Positions 9,100 to 18,194 of a stretch of DNA of 64,000 nt are shown in pieces. Source of the stretch: a virus (lineage: Duplodnaviria; Caudoviricetes); the IMG/VR virus record IMGVR_UViG_3300035670_000192, positions 1,194 through 65,193 of that record; one strand, given 5' to 3'. Every line of letters begins with the position of its first letter. The stretch's first letter is position 1. The notes beneath the pieces were generated by a model. The model was not told the DNA's origin. It saw only the letters and a program-made list of their open reading frames with translations, and did not search any database. Both the position numbers and the translations under genes were made by a program.

Positions 9100-10554
9100 A
9101 TGAGTAAAGCAACAGTAGTATGGGGTCGTTTTAACCCTCCAACAGAAGAAGGTCACGGAAGAGTTGTCCATGGTGCGATAGAGCACGCCGAGAAAACAGG
9201 CGGGACACATTATATTTTCCCAACCCACACTCAAGATAGTCGCAGCAATCCTCTTTCTCATGGGGATAAAGTTCATGCACTTCGTAAACTATTTCCGAAG
9301 GCAAACGTCGTTTCACACCCAAAGATCCGTACTATTATTCATGCTATGCAGCATATGGAAAAGCAGGGTCACACTCACGTCACGATTCATGCTGGTTCGG
9401 ATCGTGTCGGTGAATATCAAGAGTTATTGAACAAGTATCGTGCAAAAGAATTCCCAAAAATTAAAAAGATAGAAGTCAAATCAGCAGGTCATCGCGATCC
9501 AGATTCAGAAGGAGAAGAAGGAGAATCTGCTTCTAAGCATCGAGCATTAGTTGCTGCTGGAAAAAGAGACGAATTTATTTCAAAATATAGCGACAAGAAA
9601 CTTGGCGCACATATACATGACAAGGTAAAAGCAGGCATGAGTAAACTAAAAGAAAGTTATAAAGCAATTTTCCTTGTTGGTGGACCAGGAAGCGGTAAAG
9701 ATTTTCTTATTCATTCAGTGTTCAATGAGCACAATTTAATTGAATTAAGTCTCGATAAATTAAACAAAGCAATTCTTGAACAAAAGAATCTTCTTGAACT
9801 TGAAGATTATCCATCTGTAATTATTAACGGCACTGCTGAGAATAAAGAAAAGATTATCGTTTCAAAAGCAATTCTTGAAACCATGGGTTATGATACAGCC
9901 ATGGTGTTCGTCTATACTTCAGATGAAGTTTCTCGCAATCGTAACAACTTCCGTCTTACAAAAGGTTCAAAGACCTTCAATGAAGAAGTTCGTTCACAAC
10001 GTTATCAAACGTCAGTTGCAAATATGAATTTGTTCTTTGAACAATTCAAAACATTTTTCATTTACGACAATTCAGAAAATATTATTATTGCTGAAGAAAC
10101 TCGTAAGAGTGAAATTGCAGGTTGGTTAAGAGAACTGTCAGAAGGCGTTGAGCGTTTTCTTGACGAAAGAGTATTGGAAGCAGGCACGGATGATGCTGCT
10201 AATTTCATTAAACATTTAACACCAGGACAAGTGACAAATGATGTTAAAAATTATTCAGAAGCTGAAAAAGTCGCTGATGAAGATAAAAAGAAAGGCGTTC
10301 GAAGAAAAGAACAGAATCCATTGGAAGGATATTCGGGAGATGCAAGAGGGGGCGGCATTGCCGTTGCCAGATCTGCTGAGCCGACCATCGGCGAAGAAGA
10401 AAATAAGAAGCCTAAGAAAAAGAAGTTAAAAGATTTAACTCCTGTTTCTGTCGCAAAGTCTGGAATGAGCAGTTACTTTGATGGAAGAATGGGTGCTGTG
10501 CCTACAGGCGGTATTGGTTTAACATCGACAGCGGTTCAAGAAGAAACAAAATGA
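9100..10554 (+). CDS. Cytidylyltransferase-like (HIGH fold) domain fused to a P-loop kinase domain
   Basis: GRFNPPTEEGH, NPLS, AGSDR, SAGHRDPD and SASK motifs; then LVGGPGSGKD, IINGT and MVFVYT…RNRN. Confidence 0.8.
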   Translation: MSKATVVWGRFNPPTEEGHGRVVHGAIEHAEKTGGTHYIFPTHTQDSRSNPLSHGDKVHALRKLFPKANVVSHPKIRTIIHAMQHMEKQGHTHVTIHAGSDRVGEYQELLNKYRAKEFPKIKKIEVKSAGHRDPDSEGEEGESASKHRALVAAGKRDEFISKYSDKKLGAHIHDKVKAGMSKLKESYKAIFLVGGPGSGKDFLIHSVFNEHNLIELSLDKLNKAILEQKNLLELEDYPSVIINGTAENKEKIIVSKAILETMGYDTAMVFVYTSDEVSRNRNNFRLTKGSKTFNEEVRSQRYQTSVANMNLFFEQFKTFFIYDNSENIIIAEETRKSEIAGWLRELSEGVERFLDERVLEAGTDDAANFIKHLTPGQVTNDVKNYSEAEKVADEDKKKGVRRKEQNPLEGYSGDARGGGIAVARSAEPTIGEEENKKPKKKKLKDLTPVSVAKSGMSSYFDGRMGAVPTGGIGLTSTAVQEETK

Positions 10555-12629
10555 AAAAGTTTCCTTCGGTAACGAAAGATAAAGAATCAGGGCTACCTAA
10601 AAAGTATGTGGCTGGTCTTAGCACATCCACAGCAAAGGCTCGCGCTGCTCATTGGAAAAAGATGAGCAAATATTCAGATAAAGATCCAAGAGCATACAAA
10701 CCTGCTCCTGGTGATGCAACTGCAAAAACAAAACCAAGCAAATACACTAAACGTTTTCATAAAATGTTTGGTGAGGAAATTGGTATTGTAATTGAAGGTG
10801 CGCCAGAAAAGATTGAAGGAACAAACTGCGCTAACTGTATTCATTGGGTAAAAGAATCAGAAAAGCCAGTAGACAAGAGTGAACTAAACGAGTTTGGTGG
10901 ATTGAAAGCACCAAACGAAGCCTATGTTGAAATGGCAAAGCATGTTGACTTGGTAACATTACCAGGAAAGGCTAATGTAAAGATTAAAGCCTATTGTAAT
11001 CATGAAGATATTCATGATTTCGTAACTGAAAGAATGTGCTGCGCATATTGGGACAATGAAGATGCTAAGAGAGAGTTTAAAGGCGTAAGTCCAAAGATGG
11101 ATGAGTCAATTGTAAAAGTTGATGGTAAGTTTCGTCTTGTTTCGAAAAAGACAGGGCGCAATCTTGGCACATACGATACAAAAGCTGGCGCAATGAAAAG
11201 AGAAAGACAAGTACAGTATTTTAAGAGTTTGGGAGAAACAATGAAAAACGAAAGTAGAATCGCAGGTGTGTTGGCTGCAATGAATAAAGCTCGCCCTGAA
11301 CCAAAAGTTGGAGATCGCGTCATAACAATTCAAGGCGGTCAAAATACTGGCACTGTAGAAAAAATCAAAGATAATCATGTCTATTTCCGCAGCGACCACA
11401 GTCGACCTTCTCTTGGTGGCGGTTCACACAAGCCACTTTATAAGACTCATATCAGCAATGTTCGTTTGCACGAAGGATTTGATCCTTCTCCTTCAGATAT
11501 TGCTAAGATGCTTGTTAAAAAACATGGCGCTGGTAATGTCACAAAGAAACACATTAGCGATTTAGAATCAGATCGTGATTCACACAAAGGTTTGGATCAT
11601 GATGAAATCATGAAGCATGTCAAGAAAATGGAAGAAGCAGTTTCTTTCGGTCGCTCTGGTGGCGTAATGCACTACAATCCAAAAACTGAAAAGTCAGAGA
11701 AAGATGGTACTGCGAAATTATACGATCCAGAAAAGCACGACAAAAAATTCTCACCTAAAGGTGGATTTGCAGTAAAGAAACGAATGGATGAAGAAAGCGA
11801 ACTCGATGAAGCCCAAAAGAAACTCAAGCCATCATATTGGCGCGCAGAGTGGCGTTTGGGCACACAAACAGAAGTTGATAAGAACAACAAAAAGATCTAC
11901 GACAAACTTGCAAAAACAGATCCTGCTAAAGCAAAAGCATTTCATAATAATCTCATGAAATTGCGTAAGGAAGAAGTTGAGCAAACTCGCGAAGGTTTCT
12001 TAGATTTCGTAAAGAAAAAGAAGCCTGTAAATAAACCAAAAGCAACTGGTGCTGAGATGCGCGCTTTCTTCTCTAATTTGGAAAGAAAAACAAAGGTAGC
12101 AAAACCACAACAACGTGGTAGTGTTTATCACGTTCATCAAGTAGCCACTGAAGAAGTTAGCCTCGACGAACGAATTGACGTTAACAAGCAGAAGAAAAAT
12201 GCTGTATTGCGTCAAGCTGGCGTTAATGCTGCAATCGGCGGCAAGGTTCCTTTCGCTGGATCTGCCCTTCAAATGGGTCGTAAGGCTGCTAAGAAACTAC
12301 CTTCAAAAACTCTAGCAAAATCATATCGAGAATTGCCAAGAGTCGCTGAAGAAGCAATCGAAGAAGGTAAAGCCGACACTTCCTTGGCTGCAAAAGCCAA
12401 GAAGTCTGGCGTCTCTCTCGGAACACTTCGTAAAGTATATAACCGTGGAGTTGCTGCTTGGAATTCGGGTCACCGTCCAGGTACGACACCACAACAATGG
12501 GGTCATGCTCGTGTAAATTCGTATATTACGAAGGGTAAAACATACCACACAGCAGATAAGGATTTGCGTCGTGAATCAGTAGATTTCAACGAAGCATTTA
12601 AAGAAGAATTTAATGATGAGATTGAGTGA
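10551..12629 (+). CDS. Modular basic polyprotein-like protein (DUF5824-like termini, Cys cluster, KOW/SH3-like module); putative internal head protein
   Basis: KKSGVSLGTLRKVYNRGVAAW…QQWGHARVNSY at the C-terminus; CANC…C…CC; PKVGDRV; modules separated by hxE/EE linkers. Confidence 0.55.
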   Translation: MKKFPSVTKDKESGLPKKYVAGLSTSTAKARAAHWKKMSKYSDKDPRAYKPAPGDATAKTKPSKYTKRFHKMFGEEIGIVIEGAPEKIEGTNCANCIHWVKESEKPVDKSELNEFGGLKAPNEAYVEMAKHVDLVTLPGKANVKIKAYCNHEDIHDFVTERMCCAYWDNEDAKREFKGVSPKMDESIVKVDGKFRLVSKKTGRNLGTYDTKAGAMKRERQVQYFKSLGETMKNESRIAGVLAAMNKARPEPKVGDRVITIQGGQNTGTVEKIKDNHVYFRSDHSRPSLGGGSHKPLYKTHISNVRLHEGFDPSPSDIAKMLVKKHGAGNVTKKHISDLESDRDSHKGLDHDEIMKHVKKMEEAVSFGRSGGVMHYNPKTEKSEKDGTAKLYDPEKHDKKFSPKGGFAVKKRMDEESELDEAQKKLKPSYWRAEWRLGTQTEVDKNNKKIYDKLAKTDPAKAKAFHNNLMKLRKEEVEQTREGFLDFVKKKKPVNKPKATGAEMRAFFSNLERKTKVAKPQQRGSVYHVHQVATEEVSLDERIDVNKQKKNAVLRQAGVNAAIGGKVPFAGSALQMGRKAAKKLPSKTLAKSYRELPRVAEEAIEEGKADTSLAAKAKKSGVSLGTLRKVYNRGVAAWNSGHRPGTTPQQWGHARVNSYITKGKTYHTADKDLRRESVDFNEAFKEEFNDEIE

Positions 12630-12631
12630 CA

Positions 12632-12639
12632 AATAAATA
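12632..12639 (+). promoter_or_regulatory. Late promoter variant AATAAATA
   Basis: Intergenic, upstream of the AGGAG RBS of dps. Confidence 0.55.
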
Positions 12640-12665
12640 ATAGAACCTAACCAGGAGTAAATTTC

Positions 12666-13199
12666 ATGTTCATTAAAGACAAATCACTATTATCAGTAGC
12701 CGATGCAGCAAAGTCTGTTATGGCTACAAAACTTAAAGAAGATGTAGAAGTGCAAAAGGCAGGTCTTGTCACAATGGCTGACAAGGCTTTAAACGACGTT
12801 TATGGCGTTTATTTGAAGGCTCATACCTATCATTTGAATGTCGACGGCGCAAACTTCCCACAATACCACAAACTTTTCAAGAAAGTTTATGAGGGTTTGT
12901 ACGAGTCAGTAGATGGTCACGCTGAGCATATTCGTATCCTAGGTGGATATGTAATGCTTTCACCAGCAACGCTTGCTCGCAAGTCTTCAATCGTAGAAGA
13001 TACTTCTACAATGCTTGCACCACGCGAAATGCTTTTAAATTTAAACAATGAGATGTCGAAACTCATTCGTGAGATGAAAACACTTTACGCTGCTGCTGAA
13101 GCTGCTAACGAAATCGGATTCTCAAACTTCTTGCAAGCCAAGATTGAAGAATTCGGTAAACTTAACTGGATGGTTGCCACAACGCTCAAAGGCGTTTGA
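12666..13199 (+). CDS. dps: Dps-family ferritin-like DNA-protection protein
   Basis: HTYHLNVDGANFPQYHKLF…DGHAEHIRILGG ferroxidase motif; C-terminal KLNWM. Confidence 0.88.
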   Translation: MFIKDKSLLSVADAAKSVMATKLKEDVEVQKAGLVTMADKALNDVYGVYLKAHTYHLNVDGANFPQYHKLFKKVYEGLYESVDGHAEHIRILGGYVMLSPATLARKSSIVEDTSTMLAPREMLLNLNNEMSKLIREMKTLYAAAEAANEIGFSNFLQAKIEEFGKLNWMVATTLKGV

Positions 13200-13217
13200 T
13201 TTACTGAGGATATTCGC

Positions 13218-13940
13218 ATGAACGAAATTAACGAAAATGCTGCTTGGCATAAGGTCTTTACTTCTGGTTCCGAGGCGCTCAAGAGCAAGTTGAAGAAAAC
13301 TCATGCGAAAAATCCAAAGTTCCAGGAATTTCTAAAGAGCATTGGTCATGAGGGTGCACAAAAGAGCGTCGCTCAAGCCAAGAAAGACGTTGGTCAAATC
13401 AACAAAGCAAAAGCAAAGGCTGCAGCTCCAAAACCTGTTGATCGTACGGAACTCATTAAACGTGCGGCAGAAAAACGTGCAGCAAGAACACAAGTTGCTA
13501 AGCACCGTGCTGCTTGGGGCGGCGAAGTTCCTGGTGCAGAGTATGATAATCCAATTTCAATGGCTCGTGCGGGTCATACAATTAAGGGTTATCGTTTGGG
13601 TGAAGATGCAACTCAAACTGATGAAGCATTGCTACCAAAACAGCAGAAAGTTCGTCAAGATTTAATCGACAAAGAGATGGCTGAAAAGAAAGCAAAGCGT
13701 CAGGCTGGCACAGCATATGGTCATTACGCTTCACTTGCTCGCAAAATGCGTAAGATGCAGGAAGAAGTTGTCGTTGTTGATGAAGCAACAAAACAAGAAG
13801 CAGAAAAAGTTCTTGGTGGCTCTGTCAAAACACGAACAGGAAATGAACCAAAAGGTAAGCATCCACTAGGTTATCGCGATGCTCGTCGTTTAGCAAGAGC
13901 AAAACTAAAACAATTATTAACTCAAAGAAAAGGTAAGTAA
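13218..13940 (+). CDS. Basic modular hypothetical protein (putative internal head protein)
   Basis: Lys/Ala/Arg-rich blocks separated by INE, LGE, TDE and MQEEVVVVDE. Confidence 0.5.
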   Translation: MNEINENAAWHKVFTSGSEALKSKLKKTHAKNPKFQEFLKSIGHEGAQKSVAQAKKDVGQINKAKAKAAAPKPVDRTELIKRAAEKRAARTQVAKHRAAWGGEVPGAEYDNPISMARAGHTIKGYRLGEDATQTDEALLPKQQKVRQDLIDKEMAEKKAKRQAGTAYGHYASLARKMRKMQEEVVVVDEATKQEAEKVLGGSVKTRTGNEPKGKHPLGYRDARRLARAKLKQLLTQRKGK

Positions 13941-13941
13941 A

Positions 13942-15237
13942 ATGAGTGACTATAAAGATATTTTCGCCAATCTTCTCGTCAAGACACACTTCACAGAAGA
14001 AAAAGACGAGCGCGAATACGACTACGAAGGCGACATGGCAAAGTCGCAATTAAAGAGCATCATCACAAATGCTCAGAAGTTGCACGACATGCTTGACGAC
14101 TCAACAAACTTACCTGAGTGGGTTCAAAGCAAGATTACTCTTGCTGAAGACTATGTTCTTACTGCCGCCAATTATATGGAAGGCGAGTTAGACGAAGAAT
14201 ACGAAATTGACGAAGAAAAAATGACAGACGCTCAAATGAAGCGTCGCGAAGAACTCGTCAAGGGTATGAAATCTGCAGACTGGGAAAAGCGTTATCCAGG
14301 TCGCGGTAAAGAAGTAATGTACGCCACTGCCACAAAGATGGCAATGAAAGAAGATCTAGATGAAGAAGTTGAGCAGATTGATGAACTCAAGAAATCAACA
14401 TTGGCTTCTTATGTCAACAAAGCAGCAAATCAAGTGCGCGCAAAATCAGGAATTGCTGCCAGTTTTGAAACGCAAGGCGCAAGAAAAAGAAATCCTGAAA
14501 ATAAAACAGCATATTGGGATGTAGCACAAGACTATAGAAAGGGTGCTAGAAAACGTCTTACTGGTATTGAAAAGGCAACTGCTAAACTAGCCAAAGAAGA
14601 AGTTGAAACAGTTGAAGAAGGTGCGGCTGATTGGAAAAAAGCCTTTGATAAAAAATCAAAGTCGAATCTTCAAAAAGATACTTGGGGAATGAAATTAGCC
14701 AGCAAACACACTCTAATGTCAAAGAGCCATTTTGACAATAAAGATGATGTTAAACATGCAGTTGACCAAATCAAACGCGATAAAACCATAAAGATGGATG
14801 AAGATGTTCGTTACTTCTCAGGTACAACAGTTAGCGGTAAGCCATGGAAGTTCATTCCACCAGGTGAACCAAAGATGTTGAGCCCAGAGTTCGTAAAGGA
14901 TCGCGTACCAACTCTTACAGACAAAGAAGCCCATGAAGTTGCTGTTGTCGCAAAAGATCAGTATAACGACGTCGAAAAGAAGTTTGCTGAAATGAGCGAA
15001 GCAAAGGGTGGTACAGTACCAAAGACAGCAAGAGAAAAAGATCTTGCTGCAAAGGCTCATCCAAAGCATTTGATTACACGCAAAGACGTTCTTCACGCTC
15101 GTGGCGTTAAACTCGGCGAAGAAGAATTGCGCGAGAAGATGCGCGAAAAGATGTTTGCTGGTAAGACAATGACCAAGAAGCAAGCCGATCCAGTTGTATT
15201 TCACCCAATGGGCAAAAAGAAACAACCACAAAAATGA
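13942..15237 (+). CDS. Modular hypothetical protein (putative internal head protein)
   Basis: EYDYEGDMAKSQL…LPEWVQSKIT, YATATKMAM and EQIDELKKSTLASY modules with acidic linkers. Confidence 0.55.
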   Translation: MSDYKDIFANLLVKTHFTEEKDEREYDYEGDMAKSQLKSIITNAQKLHDMLDDSTNLPEWVQSKITLAEDYVLTAANYMEGELDEEYEIDEEKMTDAQMKRREELVKGMKSADWEKRYPGRGKEVMYATATKMAMKEDLDEEVEQIDELKKSTLASYVNKAANQVRAKSGIAASFETQGARKRNPENKTAYWDVAQDYRKGARKRLTGIEKATAKLAKEEVETVEEGAADWKKAFDKKSKSNLQKDTWGMKLASKHTLMSKSHFDNKDDVKHAVDQIKRDKTIKMDEDVRYFSGTTVSGKPWKFIPPGEPKMLSPEFVKDRVPTLTDKEAHEVAVVAKDQYNDVEKKFAEMSEAKGGTVPKTAREKDLAAKAHPKHLITRKDVLHARGVKLGEEELREKMREKMFAGKTMTKKQADPVVFHPMGKKKQPQK

Positions 15238-15629
15238 CTAAAGAACTTGAAAAATTAAATACTGATCTAGATTTATTTCTAGCAAAGCCATTTTTAGATC
15301 TTGGCACAGCGTATAGCGTTCTTGCTATGACGCTGGGTCAAAATGGTCTTGTTTTGCCAGTCATAAACATGAAAGAAGATGATGAGTTTTTGTTTGAACT
15401 GAAAGATGGTTCAAACGATTATACAGGACATTATTTGTATATTACATACGATCTTACCCCGCAAGGATATGACGTTTATGCGAATGTTGTCGATGAAGAT
15501 GAATTAGATTATCTCGGTGTGGATGATGAAGAGTTGGAAGAAGTAGAATCTGAGGATGAAAATCCAACAGATTATGGTGTCTCGCAATTTCTATTACGCA
15601 CGAGAAGAACAGACGATACCAGTTGGTAA
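15234..15629 (+). CDS. Acidic hypothetical protein
   Basis: ORF translationally coupled to its neighbours. Confidence 0.6.
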   Translation: MTKELEKLNTDLDLFLAKPFLDLGTAYSVLAMTLGQNGLVLPVINMKEDDEFLFELKDGSNDYTGHYLYITYDLTPQGYDVYANVVDEDELDYLGVDDEELEEVESEDENPTDYGVSQFLLRTRRTDDTSW

Positions 15630-15634
15630 TTCGT

Positions 15635-16024
15635 ATGTTTGAAAATTTGAATGATGAAAACTTTTTATTATATGCTGTAAAATGTTATAGCAAACCAAAT
15701 GCTGTGATGAGCGAGTTTGAAGATGATTTAAATCGCATACAGTATATAAAAAGATTAATTACAAAATATCGAGATTCTGGTGAATTTAAAGGTCGTTTGA
15801 TTTTAAATCATATCACCGTTTTATATAATGTTTTTGGCGTTGAAGGTGCGACTCGAATATTATTTTATAAGTTAGAAGAAAAAGACTACGAAATAATTAA
15901 ACCATTTCTAGTTTTTTTAAATTATATGCCAGAAATTGTTTTTGGTATTCGCGGTAAAAATTTACGGTCAAGCGATATTGGTCTAGACCAGGAAGCAGTA
16001 AAATGTCTAAGAGAGTTAAAGTAA
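15635..16024 (+). CDS. Conserved T4-like phage hypothetical protein
   Basis: LNDENFLLYA…RLILNHITVLYNVFG…KPFLVFLNYMP pattern. Confidence 0.75.
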   Translation: MFENLNDENFLLYAVKCYSKPNAVMSEFEDDLNRIQYIKRLITKYRDSGEFKGRLILNHITVLYNVFGVEGATRILFYKLEEKDYEIIKPFLVFLNYMPEIVFGIRGKNLRSSDIGLDQEAVKCLRELK

Positions 16025-16161
16025 AAGAGGAAGCACCAGCAGTTTCAATTGCAGCAGGTGGCGTACCGTCTCTCACAAATCCATCAGATGTTTATGCGCT
16101 TCAATTGAAAAATAGAATTAAGAAAAAGGTGCTCAAAAGAAAGCCACCCAAATTTATGTAA
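16003..16161 (+). CDS. 52-aa basic protein (not in the ORF track)
   Basis: MSKRVKVKEEAPAVSIAAGG…KRKPPKFM; fills the gap before 16173. Confidence 0.6.
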   Translation: MSKRVKVKEEAPAVSIAAGGVPSLTNPSDVYALQLKNRIKKKVLKRKPPKFM

Positions 16162-16172
16162 GTGAGGCAAAA

Positions 16173-16424
16173 ATGAAAAAGACTATTCCACTTTTTGCTT
16201 TGTTATTTGCTCTAGCAGCGTGTGAAGAAAGATATAGATATCCATGTCAAGATCCAGAAAATGCTGAAAAGGCAGAGTGCAATCGCCCTGTTTGTGAACT
16301 TGATGGGATGTGCTATGACACGCTAAATGGATTACCGCCACAGCAAGCACCAGTTGAAGAAGAAGCAGCTCCAGCTGCAGATTGTAATTGTAATACTGAC
16401 AATATTGAATCTATAGGAGAATAA
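16173..16424 (+). CDS. Cys-rich lipoprotein
   Basis: Signal peptide with lipobox LAAC; RYPCQDP…C…C…C. Confidence 0.75.
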   Translation: MKKTIPLFALLFALAACEERYRYPCQDPENAEKAECNRPVCELDGMCYDTLNGLPPQQAPVEEEAAPAADCNCNTDNIESIGE

Positions 16425-16426
16425 TT

Positions 16427-16783
16427 ATGTTTAAGGGTCCACGTTATACTGATTCAGAATTGATGGCTCGATTGAAATTTACGGTCGGTCTTTCATTGGC
16501 ATTTACGCTCACAGGTATTGTGTTTGTAGTTCTTTACTCACTCATCTTTGTGACGCAGCCAATGACTCAATCACCAAACGATTCAAAGTTTTTTGAATTG
16601 ATTACTCCGATTGCAACATTCTTGACTGGTATTTTATCAGGTATTATGCTTGGCAAAAATGATGATAAGAAAGAAGAACCAAAAGCATCACCGCCAGCAG
16701 AACCTGAGGCTCCAAAACCAGAAGATCTACTTCCTGAACCTATGAAAGAACTTGTTGAAGAAGTAGAAGATACGATTGCCTGA
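16427..16783 (+). CDS. Two-TM membrane protein, putative holin
   Basis: Two hydrophobic segments and a charged C-tail, directly upstream of the endolysin. Confidence 0.5.
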   Translation: MFKGPRYTDSELMARLKFTVGLSLAFTLTGIVFVVLYSLIFVTQPMTQSPNDSKFFELITPIATFLTGILSGIMLGKNDDKKEEPKASPPAEPEAPKPEDLLPEPMKELVEEVEDTIA

Positions 16784-16791
16784 GGTAAATT

Positions 16792-17961
16792 ATGAGTTTG
16801 AAATCATTGCAACAAAAGATTGGCGTTACAGCAGACGGTTTGTGGGGACCAGGAACTCTACGCGCTGCAGCAGCCTATTATAAATTATCTCCTGCTCGCG
16901 CTGCTCATTTCTTTGGGCAAACTGCACATGAGACTGGCGGTTTCAAAGCATTTAGCGAAAATCTAAATTATTCTGCAAAGGGTTTAGTTGGCGTATTTAA
17001 AAAATACTTTCCAAATGAAGCAGTTGCGAAAAGATACGAAAGAAACCCTCAAGCAATTGCAAATCGCGTTTATGCAAATCGTATGGGCAATGGAGATGAG
17101 GCTTCTGGTGACGGTTGGAAGTTTCGCGGTCGTGGTGCATTACAATTAACAGGCAGAACAAACTATGAAACGTTTGCTGCCTATTGTAACCGCCCAGATG
17201 TGATGACCAATCCTGATTTGGTTGCTACTGAGTTAGCATTCGAATCAGCAATGTTTTTCTTCGAAAGAAATCGACTATGGAGCATATGCGATCAAGGAGT
17301 GAATGATGCTTCGATATTATCCCTTACTAAGAAAGTTAATGGTGGTACTCACGGCTTGGAAGATCGCAAGACTAAGACGAAAACGTACTTCAGTCAATTA
17401 AGCGCACCTGCTGGTGCAGCACCACCAAAAGTTGCTGCACCTGTTTCTGCCGCTGCACCTGCCGCTCCTGCAGGAAAAGTAAATCCTGAGATGCAATTGT
17501 CTGAACACTTTAATTTAAAAGAGTTCACTAAATCTGAAACTGCAACTCGTAAACGTATTGATAATACACCTAATGCTGCTCATGCTGAGAATCTAAAAAA
17601 TGTTTGTGAAAAAATACTTGAACCAGTTCGTCGTCATTTTGGTAAGCCTGTTCGTATTAACAGTGGCTATCGCGGTCCCGCTCTCAATGCCGCTGTGGGC
17701 GGATCAAGCAAGTCTCAACACTGTAATGGCGAAGCCGTAGATTTTGAGATTGACGGTTTACCGAATCCAGATCTAGCAAAATGGGTTGCTGAGAATTGCG
17801 AGTTCGATCAGATTATTCTAGAATTCTATGATCCAAAAGAAGGACCAAACTCAGGTTGGGTTCATGCTTCTATTAAAAGAGATGGGAATAATCGCAAACA
17901 AAAAATGACTGCAGTTACAGTCAATGGAAAAACAGTTTATAAACCAGGGTTTGTAGTTTAA
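16792..17961 (+). CDS. Endolysin: PG-binding segment + GH19 glycosidase + peptidase M15
   Basis: ADGLWGPGT; HETGGF, ENLNYS, FRGRGALQLTGRTNY (GH19); Ala/Pro linker; INSGYR, SQH…AVD, WVHAS (M15). Confidence 0.9.
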   Translation: MSLKSLQQKIGVTADGLWGPGTLRAAAAYYKLSPARAAHFFGQTAHETGGFKAFSENLNYSAKGLVGVFKKYFPNEAVAKRYERNPQAIANRVYANRMGNGDEASGDGWKFRGRGALQLTGRTNYETFAAYCNRPDVMTNPDLVATELAFESAMFFFERNRLWSICDQGVNDASILSLTKKVNGGTHGLEDRKTKTKTYFSQLSAPAGAAPPKVAAPVSAAAPAAPAGKVNPEMQLSEHFNLKEFTKSETATRKRIDNTPNAAHAENLKNVCEKILEPVRRHFGKPVRINSGYRGPALNAAVGGSSKSQHCNGEAVDFEIDGLPNPDLAKWVAENCEFDQIILEFYDPKEGPNSGWVHASIKRDGNNRKQKMTAVTVNGKTVYKPGFVV

Positions 17962-17963
17962 GC

Positions 17964-17971
17964 AATAAATA
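17964..17971 (+). promoter_or_regulatory. Late promoter variant AATAAATA
   Basis: Intergenic, at the head of the fibre gene array. Confidence 0.55.
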
Positions 17972-17993
17972 CTGCAAAAGTAGAGGAAATTAA

Positions 17994-18191
17994 ATGCTGA
18001 TAGAGATCACAAAATTAAAAGGCGATGCAATTGAGCCAAACAGCGTCACCTCTACACAAATCTCGACGGATATTAATACAAAATTAACTGCTGCATACGA
18101 TCAAGCAAATGCTGCATACGAGCAGGCAAACACTGGCGGTGGTGGAACCACTGGCGGATTCAGTAAGTCATTTTTAATGGCAGGATTATAA
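17994..18191 (+). CDS. Small virion-associated protein
   Basis: N-terminus EITKLKGDAI is shared with 20212; AYDQANAAYEQAN repeat. Confidence 0.6.
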   Translation: MLIEITKLKGDAIEPNSVTSTQISTDINTKLTAAYDQANAAYEQANTGGGGTTGGFSKSFLMAGL

Positions 18192-18194
18192 CAA

